Assembly (NCBI RefSeq): GCF_001194135.2
Contig: NC_068999.1
Coordinates: 22,585,404-22,619,464, forward strand
DNA from: Octopus bimaculoides
Taxonomy: Eukaryota
DNA length: 34,061 bases
Direction of reading: 5' to 3'
Below the pieces are notes generated by a model, which was not told where the DNA came from, ran no database searches, and saw only the letters and a program-made list of their open reading frames with translations. Position numbers and translations under genes: made by a program. Positions 23,378 to 34,061 of this stretch are shown here, in pieces (the stretch's first letter is position 1; each line of letters begins with the position of its first letter).

Positions 23378-24505
23378 CTATGTAGCGAGTTTGAAATCAA
23401 GAGTTGCGCACTTTCTCGCCAATATCAGATGTGGCCAGTGTTTCATATATGAACATGTGAAGCAGGGCAGTACTATCTGTCGCTCAGGGAAGTATCTGAC
23501 AAAGGTGATGTCAGAAATTAGAGCTTATGGTTAATACAGAGCTAGAAATGAGCTCTACTGGTACTAGAGTGCATGCTTATGTTGAATGAGAGGCAAAGGT
23601 TCTAGAGTGCATGCTTGTGTATCACGTATGTTATAATGTATAAACAAAGATAGTACAGTACAGAATGTGGATCTTGAGAAAACAAAAACATTCATGGGAG
23701 AACGGTTAGAATCCACCTTACCCCTAATAAACTGCAAGATAATGCTAAAAGCTTGCACTATGGTGTGCAAATAAAAAGAGCAAATCAAGACCTGAACATG
23801 TGTTGTATGTAAAAGAACTGCGTGTATAAGTTTAGTGCAAGAGAATCTATGTGACAGCATCAGAAGCATGTCTGTGGAGTGAAGAAATGGTGTGAGAGTC
23901 AGCTACGCTGAAATTTGCATTTAAGTTGCATACAAAGTTGCAAAACGAACACTGATTATATGTGTCTGCAGGACACGAATGAGGGATTGCATAAAAGGTA
24001 GATTGTGGAAAATTACACACTGCCATTTTGCAATATTTTATGCGTGTTACCATTGTTTTACCATATCCTACCTCGATGAGCGAAAATTTTTATGAAAAGA
24101 ACGAACGAAAATGCCAATTGCTGTCACGTTTATGCATATGATGTATGTGAATGCGCAAAATCACAAATATCACGTCAAAATGTGTGTACAGAAACAAGGC
24201 AAGAACGACCCCCCCCCCCCCAAACAAAATCAAACGAAATACATGCTGTATAATCAAATGAGAATATGTGAAATATCAATGCTAGACATAGAGAATTAAG
24301 CGTAAGCAAGGTAAAGATAAAAGTATTGCTAGAAATTTTTTTGGTAAAATTTATGCGTAGTTTTAGCAATGTGTTAAATAACTTTTGTTAAAAAGAAGTG
24401 CGTATAAGGTTATGAAAAAGAAAGACAAACTGTTCTTATAGCTAGTCCGTCGCAATTAATAGGTGACCGAAGCTGAAATAGACATTTTAAGAGATACAGA
24501 AAGTT

Positions 24506-25132
24506 GGATCTTGTTCAAAACGGGGGCACCAGTTTTCATTTATGTTTTATGTAGTGTTTTTGGTACCGAAAGACTTTCAAACTTCGTATACTTATCTATT
24601 TTGTGTTATAGAACAGAAAAACATTTTTGTATTCGAATTTATTTCATGTAAAAAATTATCTTATTTCGATAATTTCTACTAATCACTGACGTCTATTCAG
24701 TTGAAAACAGTTAGTATTAATCCCCGTTAGTTCTGACATTTCCGATTAACTAGACTGTTAACCCTAACCCTAAAACTAACCCTAACTCTAGAATCCGAAC
24801 TCTAAAATTGTTACACACATAGATACGCACAGCGTAATTTATTATATAAACAATATATGCGTATAAATTACGATTAAACCGGATGAAATATGTCACAGGG
24901 AATAACATTTTTATGACCGGCCAGCAGTAACTCTATTCAGCTGAATAGACGTCAGTGATTGGTTGAAATTACAGAAATACGACAACTTTAACATGAAATA
25001 ACTTGCGATGTACGTTTTTTTGTTAAGAAGACTAAGAGAAAAAGATGTTTTATATGACACATTCTACCAGTGTCCCAAGTTTCAAAGTGTGTCGTTAAGA
25101 AAATACTGGTGCCCCTGTTTTGAACAAGATCC
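24506..25132. mobile_element. Non-autonomous foldback DNA transposon, GGATC..GATCC ends, 8-bp TSD (Merlin- or hAT-like)
   Basis: TIR ggatcttgttcaaaac(g/a)ggggcaccag; TSD agaaagtt (24498-24505 / 25133-25140); degenerate inverted arms continue ~200 bp inward; central taaccctaaccc tract. Confidence 0.85.
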
Positions 25133-25899
25133 AGAAAGTTTACTAAGAAACAGTTCGCAAATGTGGCATGCAATCGGTGGGAGAAGGTTGGTGTTGCATT
25201 TCTGGACGCAAGGTGCTGATTGTGGGATTTTCTCTGAAGACTTCTTTTTTCTTTCTTTCTTTTTTCTTGTTTCCGCATGACGGTATTCGACGAAAGTTGT
25301 CCTGTTAGTAAAAGGCGTTAGACTGCGCATTTTTTCGGTTGTTGGTATCGATAAGTCACCCGTATAAATGTATTGCCCACGGAAGCTGCATAATGGAGCG
25401 AGGTCGAGAATCGAAACCTTGCAACTTCAATAACTAGGCCTAGATCACACCTAAGTTAGGCGACATGTCCTGGTTATTAACCCTTCAGCTTGCTGGAATA
25501 TCCCCCGATATTAGAGAATGTTCTTTCGTGTTCCGGGAGCTCTCGCACTTTTGTAGTTATATAAGCACAACGTGTGAAAACAAATGGGAATGGCGCACTT
25601 TGGAAGCACAAGCAACAAGCCCTTACTTCAACAATTTTTCCTTGATTGAAGTTCAGCTCCGAGTTAAAATGAATTCTTCGACTAGGATGGCAAGCGTTAT
25701 TCCCACCTCTCACGCAAAGTTAGTCTATTTTATGAGCAGTTCGGTTACAACTACATTCGGTTCTAGCCCACAATCTTATGCTGCTGGCAAACTGTGATAT
25801 AGCTATATAAATATTGTAATTTATTTCGATAAAAATAAATTGTTATTTTAGCAACGTTCGTAGTTGGTTCATTATGGGAAAACACGCAGCTAACTTAAG

Positions 25900-26329
25900 A
25901 CCAACCAACAAATTACCCGTACAGCCAGTACAACAATAGCATTCAACGTTTGACGTCAGCTATGATATTGCTGTGAGCTTGTAGGCATTTTAGTCGCCTG
26001 CATAATTGTTTTTAGACAAGTCATCAATGAAGAGTTAAGATGGTTATTAAATGTTTTTAGGCAGATGAAAGATGTGGAGAAGATTAGAGCAGCAAAGAAG
26101 AGTAGAGAAAATTGTAGCATAATTCAACAATTTATTCTTTTCGTTGTTCGTCACAAAGAGTGATCATCAAACGCGATGGCTCGATAAATCGCCCGTAGCA
26201 AAAGGTTGAGTGTTTTTAAGATTGAATCTTTTTAAAGGATAGTGAGCACGCGCGCACGTGTGTGACAGACAAATTGTTGGTGTATTTTACAAGTTCACAG
26301 CTATAGTGATGATGGCAGCATAGGTAAAC

Positions 26330-26382
<53 letters not shown>

Positions 26383-26690
26383 GCATCTTATATAATGTGG
26401 ACCAGATAGGTTTAATTGCAATTAAAAGGAACTCAGAACAGAGTTGAAACCCAAGGATGACATAATCTCACAAAAATTAGGTTCTCTCGGTAATTTTCGC
26501 GCGGAGGGTAAGATGTCTGCTGACACCACTTATGCACGTGTTTGGCTGCAATATATATCAACAGGTGTGTTGGTGAACTACGTGGATGTTCTACCACGTG
26601 TCATGTCAAACATGATATTATTAATGAGGCTTGAATACAGATTTAGTCAGAAATGCTGTAAGATCGAATCTGGAAAGCGATCCGTTGCCT
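25900..26690 (-). pseudogene. Decayed coding segment, copy 2 (paralog of 20331-21800)
   Basis: Shared blocks caacaattta..caaagagtga, tttggctgcaatatat, aagatcgaatc..gaaagcgatc; LFVTNNEKNKLLNY vs LFVTNNERSKLLSY. Confidence 0.5.
26330..26375. repeat. (GA)n microsatellite
   Basis: Direct inspection. Confidence 0.97.
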
Positions 26691-28034
26691 ATTTGAGTGT
26701 TCTTGAATTCAATTTAATGTTAGCATTTATTTTTGTAATTCTGTATTCAACAGTAATTCTGATTATAGCTATTTCTGAAGCATTATAATAGTGTCTTTAT
26801 TTTGAAATTCATTAAATAAAAATGGTACACATTATTAGGTCTTCGTTAGTAAACTGACAGTCACTTAATGATTTTCCATGATTAACAGTAGTACGTGAAA
26901 ATTAAAACATGCAAGAATTTGAATAAGAGCTCTGATTGGGAGTATTTCAGCTTTAACTGCTGCCGTATCTATCTGTGCACACACATACACACACACACAC
27001 ACATACACATACACAATCTTTCTGGTTTTTAATACTGTTTTCTAGGTACAACTGATGCTTAATGTCAAAATACTTTTTCAGTTTCCAAGTTCCACTCACA
27101 ACTAGCTTCTTATACCAAAAATTACGTGGAGCATAGTTACCCTTATCACATCACGCCATATTGCTCACTCTATCAATCTTGAAAATTTCGCCCAAGTCTG
27201 TTTCGTAAATTTATTATAGTTTTTTTTCTCTTTAAGTGTCAGCTGGTGATACTATAATACTTGGCTGCAGAAAATTACGAGTGAAAGAATTGCAAAAAAG
27301 AAAAAGAAAAAGGAATATGCTTGTTACGTCGTTTTAGCTTCTACATGAATGAGATCAGTGATGAGTTACCAACTCATTAGTTTCTAACCGTCTCTTAATT
27401 GATGGGATATAATTTAAAATACTATGGTTCTAGCTATCACTGCAAAAGAGATTGAAGAAAAAATGCAACTTGAGACCCTTGTCAAATTTTGTGAGCTTTT
27501 AATAACATGATTTTGCTGGGAGATTTTTTTCAAAATTTATCGCGTGTCATCTTAAAATTTTCGGCCTGTCACCGCTGACACGCATGTCTTAGGTTCACCA
27601 GCACTGATATAGGACAATATTAACTAACGTAACCTTCCTATATTTAGGATGGCAAGTGGAGATTTAAAATAGATTTGGCTGGTATTTCTTGCAGGTTGAG
27701 TGACTACTTTCACTTTGATGCTGTCCCCTTTCTTCTACAGCCTACCAATCAACAGTAGTAATTTTACCAAGGGACTACAAATGTTATGATCGCTACCTAC
27801 CGTTGAATTTTAAATATAATAAAATTTATTGACGTCATAAGAATTTTTATGACGTCAATAACAAATATTCTCTTTGGTAAGAATAAAGTTTCTAAAATGG
27901 ATAGAGAAATTCGAAGGATTGCTTTGGTACAATCTGTTATGTCTACAGGAGATGTGGGTTCAAATCCCATGGGGGAACTTTCAACTTAATCTATCAAAAA
28001 CTGTTTTTTAATCCAATATTTGAATGCTGTTATA

Positions 28035-28180
28035 AGAGACAATGAGTTCAAACTCCGACTTTGCCTTTCATCTTTTCAGAGTCGACCAAATAAGTACCAC
28101 TTGAGCACTGGGATCTATGTAATTGACTATCCTCCAAATTCCTCAAAGCAGTTTCATGCCTTGTGCATATTGTAGAAAGG
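28035..28180 (+). mobile_element. 5'-truncated family A SINE
   Basis: gagttcaaactccgactttgcctttcatcttttcagagtcgaccaaataagtacc. Confidence 0.8.
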
Positions 28181-28189
28181 ATTATTTAT

Positions 28190-28405
28190 AGTCAACGAGC
28201 TGGCAGAATCGTTAGCATGCCGGACAGAATGTTTAGCGGCGTTTCATCCGTCTTTACGTTCTGAGTTCAAATTCCGCCAAGGTCTACTTGACCTTTCATT
28301 CTTTCGGGGACGATAAAATAAGTACCAGTTGAGCATTAGGGTTAATGTAGTTGACTAGCCCTCTCCAACAAAATTTCAGACCTTATGCCTATAGTAGAAA
28401 AGATT
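28190..28405 (+). mobile_element. tRNA-derived SINE, family A
   Basis: acgagctggcagaatcgttagc head, gagttcaaattccgcc B box, conserved body. Confidence 0.9.
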
Positions 28406-28439
28406 TATAGCTTTATGTGATTCGAGATCCACAGTAGCA

Positions 28440-28620
28440 GGTGAAAGTGTGACTGAGTGGTAAGAAGTTTGCTTCTCAACCAGATGACTCCGTGTTTAGT
28501 TCTACTGCGTGGCACCTTGGGCTAATGTCTTCCATCATAACATCGGGATGACCAAAGCCTTGTGAGTGGGTTTGGTAGACAGAAACTGCAAGAAGTCCGT
28601 CATACGTACGTACGTACATA
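28440..28620 (+). mobile_element. Family B SINE (partial)
   Basis: tgactgagtggtaagaagtttgc head; ggcaccttgggc CORE-like motif. Confidence 0.8.
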
Positions 28621-28859
28621 CATACATACATACATATGTTAGTTGAAATATGTAACAAACATATTTCAACTAACCTAAATTCTGCTCATACCTAAACACT
28701 GCTTTGCGCCAATGCTTCGTTATTTACATTGATCGGGCGATCTACTAGTGCAAATCAGAGTTTCCTCCCTTACCTACATCTGCTGCTGGAATCTTTGCTA
28801 TTGTGAGTCTTGTTTTTGTTGGTGAATTTTGTTAACTGTTACACTGTTATTGTTTTTGC

Positions 28860-29250
28860 TTTGTGGATCCCTGTGTGCATTGAACTTTGGTTTGGACCGG
28901 ACTTCCAGGCGGAGAAGAATTGGAGCGAGGTGACAGACAATGTGGAACCTCTAGTCCAGACTTGGTCTGGACGGGCGCTGTTCCTTAAAGGAAGGGCAGA
29001 AGTGGTACAGGTCTTTATTGCATCTGTCATCATCTACCGTCTGACCGTTGTCTCTTGTCCCAATTCATGGCTAAGCAAGTTGGCACGACTCTTCTTCCGA
29101 TTGTTGTGGAAGGGAAGAAAGCCGCTCGTGAGGCGCTCCGTTTCCTGCCAACAACCGCTAAAGGGTGGGTTAGGGATGCCGTGGCTGATGATGTGCAGAC
29201 ATGCACTGAGGCTAAGGCATCTTTGGCTCTACCTGGACGGTGGCACACCA
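28860..29250 (+). mobile_element. Tx1/L1-clade LINE ORF2 fragment (post-RT region)
   Basis: WFGPDFQAEKNWSEV..QTWSGRALFLKGRAEV..FFRLLWKGRKPLV..QPLKGGLG, the typical W..R.LSL.GR / FLW / P...GGLG motifs. Confidence 0.85.
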
Positions 29251-29535
29251 TTTGCTCTGGGGTATGTGGCCCATGGATCCCTCTCCTTCCATCTCCTACC
29301 CCCTTTTTTCCTTTCATATCACTCTTTTTACCTGTTTCTTTCTATGTCAATGTCGCGGGACTCATTTCTTCGACGGGCCACCGTTATCCCTATTTTGCAG
29401 AAGAAATAGGTAGTACAGGGTCCTAGAACACCTGACGTCTCGACAGCGATCGGCTCAAACCTATAGTTGCCGGTCAGGCCCTTGTATTGATTTTTTCTCT
29501 CTTCCGCGTAACGGGCGGCGATACTCGGTTTGCAG

Positions 29536-29861
29536 CCAATGGAGCAAGGTTAGGGTCGGAGAACATTGCTGAGGCTAGAGACCTGCCTCCCTCGAAAACT
29601 GACATTATCCTGATTGATACCATTCAATATCAACGTGAAATTGGGAAGCACGGTAAAAAAATGAATCTGTTTATATTTAGTCTTCTACAACATAAAGCGA
29701 AAATATTCAGTAATTTGAATACTTTTGATTTGTTTTATAGCAAGCAAAACATATACTGGAGAACGTTTTGTTTATCGTGTCTTCCAGTTTCATGCTGATA
29801 ATGAAGAAACATCAATCAGAATAATATCATAAAAGTGTTTTATGTTGTCTAATAACCACAA
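29536..29861 (+). pseudogene. Candidate two-exon coding fragment with an in-frame TAA (29830-32)
   Basis: Exon 29536-29652, 88-nt GT..AG intron, exon 29741-29861 ending at gtaagt; spliced frame ..DIILIDTIQYQREIGKHASKTYTGERFVYRVFQFHADNEETSIRIIS*KCF. Confidence 0.3.
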
Positions 29862-30449
29862 GTAAGTTATTGATCAGTTAAAAAGGTATAGACTTCTTTT
29901 CTTCATGAGTACAAAAATATAAAGTAGAAAAAGTTTCTTAAAATTTCATCAAAACAATCGCAATCTACGTCTTCACAGATATATCTTTGTAATATTTCAT
30001 TAAAAAATATGCATTATCAAAAATTTTATGAGGAAAAAAATCGGTGGGGGGTGGTGGTAAACACGAAACTGGTTATGTATTCAAGGACATCCGAAAATTC
30101 AATCCCAGTTTAACAATGTATCTAGTTGCGTTTGGTTTGATTCTATAAAATAAAATTTGTACTGTTTATCTGTCTCTTTAATTACACTGCGCAACGCAGG
30201 AATAAAAAAAAATGTCCAGATAATGATTAACTATTATTGATTCAAATCTAATGACATCGAATCCGAGTTCTATATTTTACTGTGACCTATGCGTTTTCTA
30301 GAAATACTTTTAAGAGCTCCTATATAGATACACTCATGCACACTCACAACATGCGCGCGCACACACACACGTACACATAAAAACAACGTAGTTATAGATG
30401 CAATAGCAAATTGGATAAACTATCATTGCTTCTCTCATTTTTAGTGTTA

Positions 30450-30690
30450 ATACTAGTAATGCTGCTGCTGCGACTACTGCTTCTACTATTGCTGCAACTA
30501 CTATAATTGCAACTACTACTGCTGTGGCTTCTGTAGCTGCAACTAATGCTGCTGCTACAGTTACTGCTACTACTGCTACCACTGTTGCTATTACTGCTAC
30601 CTGTTATTTACACTACTACAACTACAACTGCATCTATTACTGTTGCTACAACTAATGCTGCTATATTGTTAATACTTCTTTCTACAGCTG
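30450..30690. repeat. Degenerate (CTA/CTG)n trinucleotide tract
   Basis: Direct inspection; explains the poly-L/T/A ORFs. Confidence 0.92.
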
Positions 30691-30794
30691 TTCCAATCAG
30701 TGGAGTTGGTAGAGTGAGCGTCGCGCAGGAAATTCCTGGAGCCGGCCGCCCCCACTACCGGTTCCACGCCTGTACAGACTTATACAGCGAACCC

Positions 30795-31540
30795 TGTTGC
30801 TATTTTTGAAGATTGATTCCTCAATCATTTTATCCTAGCAGCAGAGAAGTACTTTAAAGAGAAGGGCATTCCTTTTAAGGTTTTACTTATCATAGATAAT
30901 GCTCCTGGCCACCCACAAAACATCGTAGATTTTGACCTCAACGTTACCGTCGTATACCTCCCTTCGAACCACGTCTCTTCTGCAGCCAATGGATCAAGGA
31001 ATAACTGCTATCTTCAAGCGTTACTATATACGCTGCGGCAAACAATAGCTGCAACTGATCTTGATGAGTCCATCAACCTTCGTGACTATTGGAAGGCTGT
31101 ACAGAACATAACAGCGGCATGGAATGATGTACAGAGCACGGCTATGAATGGTGTATGGAAGAAGCTACGCTCACAATTCGTGAATGATTTTAAGGGGTTT
31201 GATAATGTTGCCATAAACAAAATGTTGGTGACTACGAGTAAAGAACTGGAAATGGATTTGGAGGAGGAGGATTTCACAGATTTATTTGAAAAAGACAAGC
31301 AGCCCCTGACAAACAAGGATTTGATAGAGCTTCACGAGCAGCAAAATAAAGAAGAGGAAGTCGAACCTGAGCCACATCACTTTACCATTAAGAAAATGTA
31401 GCAAGCATTTGCATATATCAAAAAGGTCTTTCTAGGTTCGAAGATATGGATCCGAATGCTCAACCCTTTTCCAAGATTATGGTGGCTTGTCACGAGGCAT
31501 TTGCTCCTTATAATGTAATCCTTGACGAAATTAAAATGGG
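30795..31540 (+). mobile_element. Decayed Tigger/pogo (DDE_1) transposase
   Basis: FED*FLNHF..EKYFKEKGIPFKVLLIIDNAPGHP..VVYLP..LQPMDQG..FKRYY, AW..V..MNGVWKKL, DLEEEDFTDL..LTNKDLIEL. Confidence 0.9.
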
Positions 31541-31599
31541 GATTAAATGAAAAAAATGATTTACGTGAATATCCTCACAAGAGTAATTGAAATAAATTG

Positions 31600-31683
31600 C
31601 GATTGTGGAACCCCTCACACACGCACGGAAGCACACACGAACGCGCACGCACACACACAGAGTATCACACATCAGATGAAATG

Positions 31684-31768
<85 letters not shown>

Positions 31769-32116
31769 GAGAGAGAGGTTTGTTGTCATGTATACGTACA
31801 TGCATAAATATGCATACATCTTTGTGTGTGTGTGTGTGTGTGCGTGTGTATGAGAGAGAGAGAGAGAGAGAGAGAGTAAATACTACATACACACCGCTCT
31901 CTCACTCTGTCTCACACACATACACACGCACACATACATCCAAAAATGATGGATGCATATGACAACACGCCCCTTGACTCACTCACACTCTGTCTCTTAC
32001 AAACACACACATACATAAATGTATACAAACATATTTACAAAGACACACGTGTGTATGTGCGCGTGTGTGCTGTGTGTGTGTGAGAGAGAGAGAGACAGAG
32101 AGACAGAGAGAGACAA

Positions 32117-32170
<54 letters not shown>

Positions 32171-32570
32171 TCAGTGAAGGGGTGTGTCGACAATTATACG
32201 TACATACATAAATAGTCATACATTACTTGTACGTATGTGTGAGTGTGTGTGTGAGAGTCACTGAAACATCTCTCTGTCTGTCTGTCTGTCTCTGTCTCTC
32301 TCACACACACACGTGCAGATATACACACAGAAAAGATGTATTCATATGTATTTATGTATGTACGTAGACATCACAACACACCCCTTCACTCACACACATA
32401 CAGAAACACACATGTGCGTGTGTGATTCACTACGAATACATAGAGCTGAACACCGCATGCCAAAATAAAAAAAATAATAAAAAATTTATTTACAGAAATT
32501 AACGAAGTGTGCGAGTTCGGAACGAAATCAAACCTGGAGTGTGTGAATGAGAGAGAGAGAGAGAGAGAGA
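31600..32570. repeat. Block of (CA)n/(GT)n/(GA)n microsatellites
   Basis: Direct inspection. Confidence 0.95.
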
Positions 32571-32726
32571 ATGTATGAGATGAACATGGAACGCCCAAAA
32601 ATCGTATAAATAAAAGCACGTTAAAAACTATCTTGTACGGAATATTTTAATTTATGAACTTCGTAAATATGTGTTTCAGTAATTGATCGTAGTTTACAGA
32701 AAGCGAACATTAAAAGTAGAGTGAGA

Positions 32727-32761
32727 GACGTCACCGTTTTTGTCATGTCCGTACCGGAAGT
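32727..32761. promoter_or_regulatory. Possible promoter motifs: CRE-like GACGTCAC and ETS-type CCGGAAGT
   Basis: Motif match only, in unique CpG-containing sequence; no transcript evidence. Confidence 0.25.
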
Positions 32762-32890
32762 TGACATCGAGAAACCTTTTTAAAGAAGTGAATCTTAAAT
32801 ATAAAGCAATATTATTTATTTTTAATAAAAAAAATCAAATGAAGAGCCTAACATTTATCCGAGGTCAAATTATTTATGCATCACAAGTAT

Positions 32891-33078
32891 NNNNNNNNNN
32901 NNNNNNNNNNNNNNNNNNNNNNNNNNNNNNNNNNNNNNNNNNNNNNNNNNNNNNNNNNNNNNNNNNNNNNNNNNNNNNNNNNNNNNNNNNNNNNNNNNNN
33001 NNNNNNNNNNNNNNNNNNNNNNNNNNNNNNNNNNNNNNNNNNNNNNNNNNNNNNNNNNNNNNNNNNNNNNNNNNNNNN
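32891..33078. other. Assembly gap (N run)
   Basis: Run of N. Confidence 1.
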
Positions 33079-33083
33079 ATATA

Positions 33084-34061
33084 TGTAGTGAACACTTCTC
33101 TCACTATAAATATATTCAAGTTCGGGCGTAGCAGAGAGCAGCCTGCTGTGTCATCACCTGCCTGACTATTCTTTGCGCGGGTAAATTATCTCCTCCATTC
33201 CCGCCAGGACGCAATCTGACCAACCGTAGCTCCTAATAAGGTCACGTGAGAGTGTTTCTTCTAATGCTTCTCTGGAGCCTACCTTCAGCTATATATAGAC
33301 TAAATTATACCTGCCAAATCGTCGCGCCTCAGATCTTAGATCTGGCCGCTGACAACGCACGCGTAACACAACCAGTCAGTTCCAGCGACGACATCGACAC
33401 CATCGTACAACTATGAACTACAAGCATCGCCCCCGACATCGCCAGCAGCAACACGACACTACGACTACCAGCATCGCCGCCAGCATCAACATGACTCTAC
33501 ACGTACACAAGCTACCAACATCTAACTGCAGCACTTCTCTTCGATCCTGTTTGTGTGATTCACCTCACCACGAAAATAACAGCCAAGAATTTAGCCTGCG
33601 AAGAACATCTGTATTCAAGAATCCGGCCCGGCATAGAAGCCCTAACATCACGACGAGTGATCGCTCTGCCCCAACGCCTTAACTTCTTATATACAGACAC
33701 TAACCACTATGTACTCTAACAAAGAACTGGTATCTTAAATTCTAATCCGTGTTGCTGACTCTATTCTCTCCGCTGTATCTCACACATTCACATACATGTA
33801 TTACTTGCACACACTCTTTTCTTTACTTGATGGCCAGTCTTATATTGTGTTTTATTATGTCGCATTCACACACACACAGACATACAATTTAATGCTATAC
33901 GTCTTCATCGGTTGAGTCCTATCTTGTCCTTCCTGGCATTTCTTAGTTCTCTATGTTATCGAAGTATAACATATATATCATTTTATATTTTTGTGTTCGA
34001 GCGTGTGACGCGTTTAAAAAAGGAGCCTGTTTTCCATTCGTCACAATTTCTCCTTTTGGTT
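33084..34061 (+). mobile_element. LTR copy 2 (runs off the window end), inserted next to (TA)n
   Basis: Starts tgtagtgaac; collinear with 22400-23355, including the identical taataaggtcacgtgagag block. Confidence 0.88.

Larger units (their letters stand above)
21900..24000 (+). mobile_element. Decayed piggyBac-like transposase fragment, split by the 22127-23377 insertion
   Basis: Removing the insertion restores VGGVNNSD*DKLCSEFEIKSCALSRQYQMWPVF (~GGVD..D.LC...RRWP..F); downstream CVVCKRTAC..LC resembles the Cys-rich C-terminal domain. Confidence 0.5.

Noticed and set aside
23564-23616. 15-bp direct repeat ctagagtgcatgctt (and the 16-bp tandem duplication at 12000-12031)
   Set aside because: Only two units; local duplications inside transposon relics, not CRISPR-like arrays.
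30334-30809. Poly-Leu/Thr/Ala ORFs resembling signal peptide or mucin
   Set aside because: Products of the CTA/CTG repeat.
22400-34061. The two LTRs as ends of one full-length provirus
   Set aside because: They are too diverged, no gag/pol lies between them, and copy 1 belongs to its own TSD-bounded unit.

Overview
AT-rich, microsatellite-laden eukaryotic DNA with two N gaps. It is most likely from an octopod cephalopod, inferred from the tRNA-derived SINE families. No long intact ORF is present, and nearly all ORF-track entries are microsatellite artefacts or transposon debris. The window holds at least 11 SINE copies from 3 families, plus decayed Penelope, RTE, RTE-X-like, Tx1-like, Gypsy, hAT, piggyBac-like and Tigger/pogo fragments. 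A CpG-poor left part (about 1-19.8 kb) carries candidate exons of unidentified gene(s). A CpG-rich right part contains two diverged copies of a decayed minus-strand coding segment. Three structures stand out. (1) A 1.25-kb insertion (22127-23377) built from Gypsy LTR parts but bounded by ~55-bp inverted ends and a 4-bp TSD. (2) A tRNA-headed element with a Penelope-type tail carrying a minimal hammerhead ribozyme motif (19797-20128). (3) A foldback DNA element with an 8-bp TSD and a telomere-like core (24506-25132). Family assignments come from manual motif recognition, not database searches. Boundaries of decayed elements are approximate.
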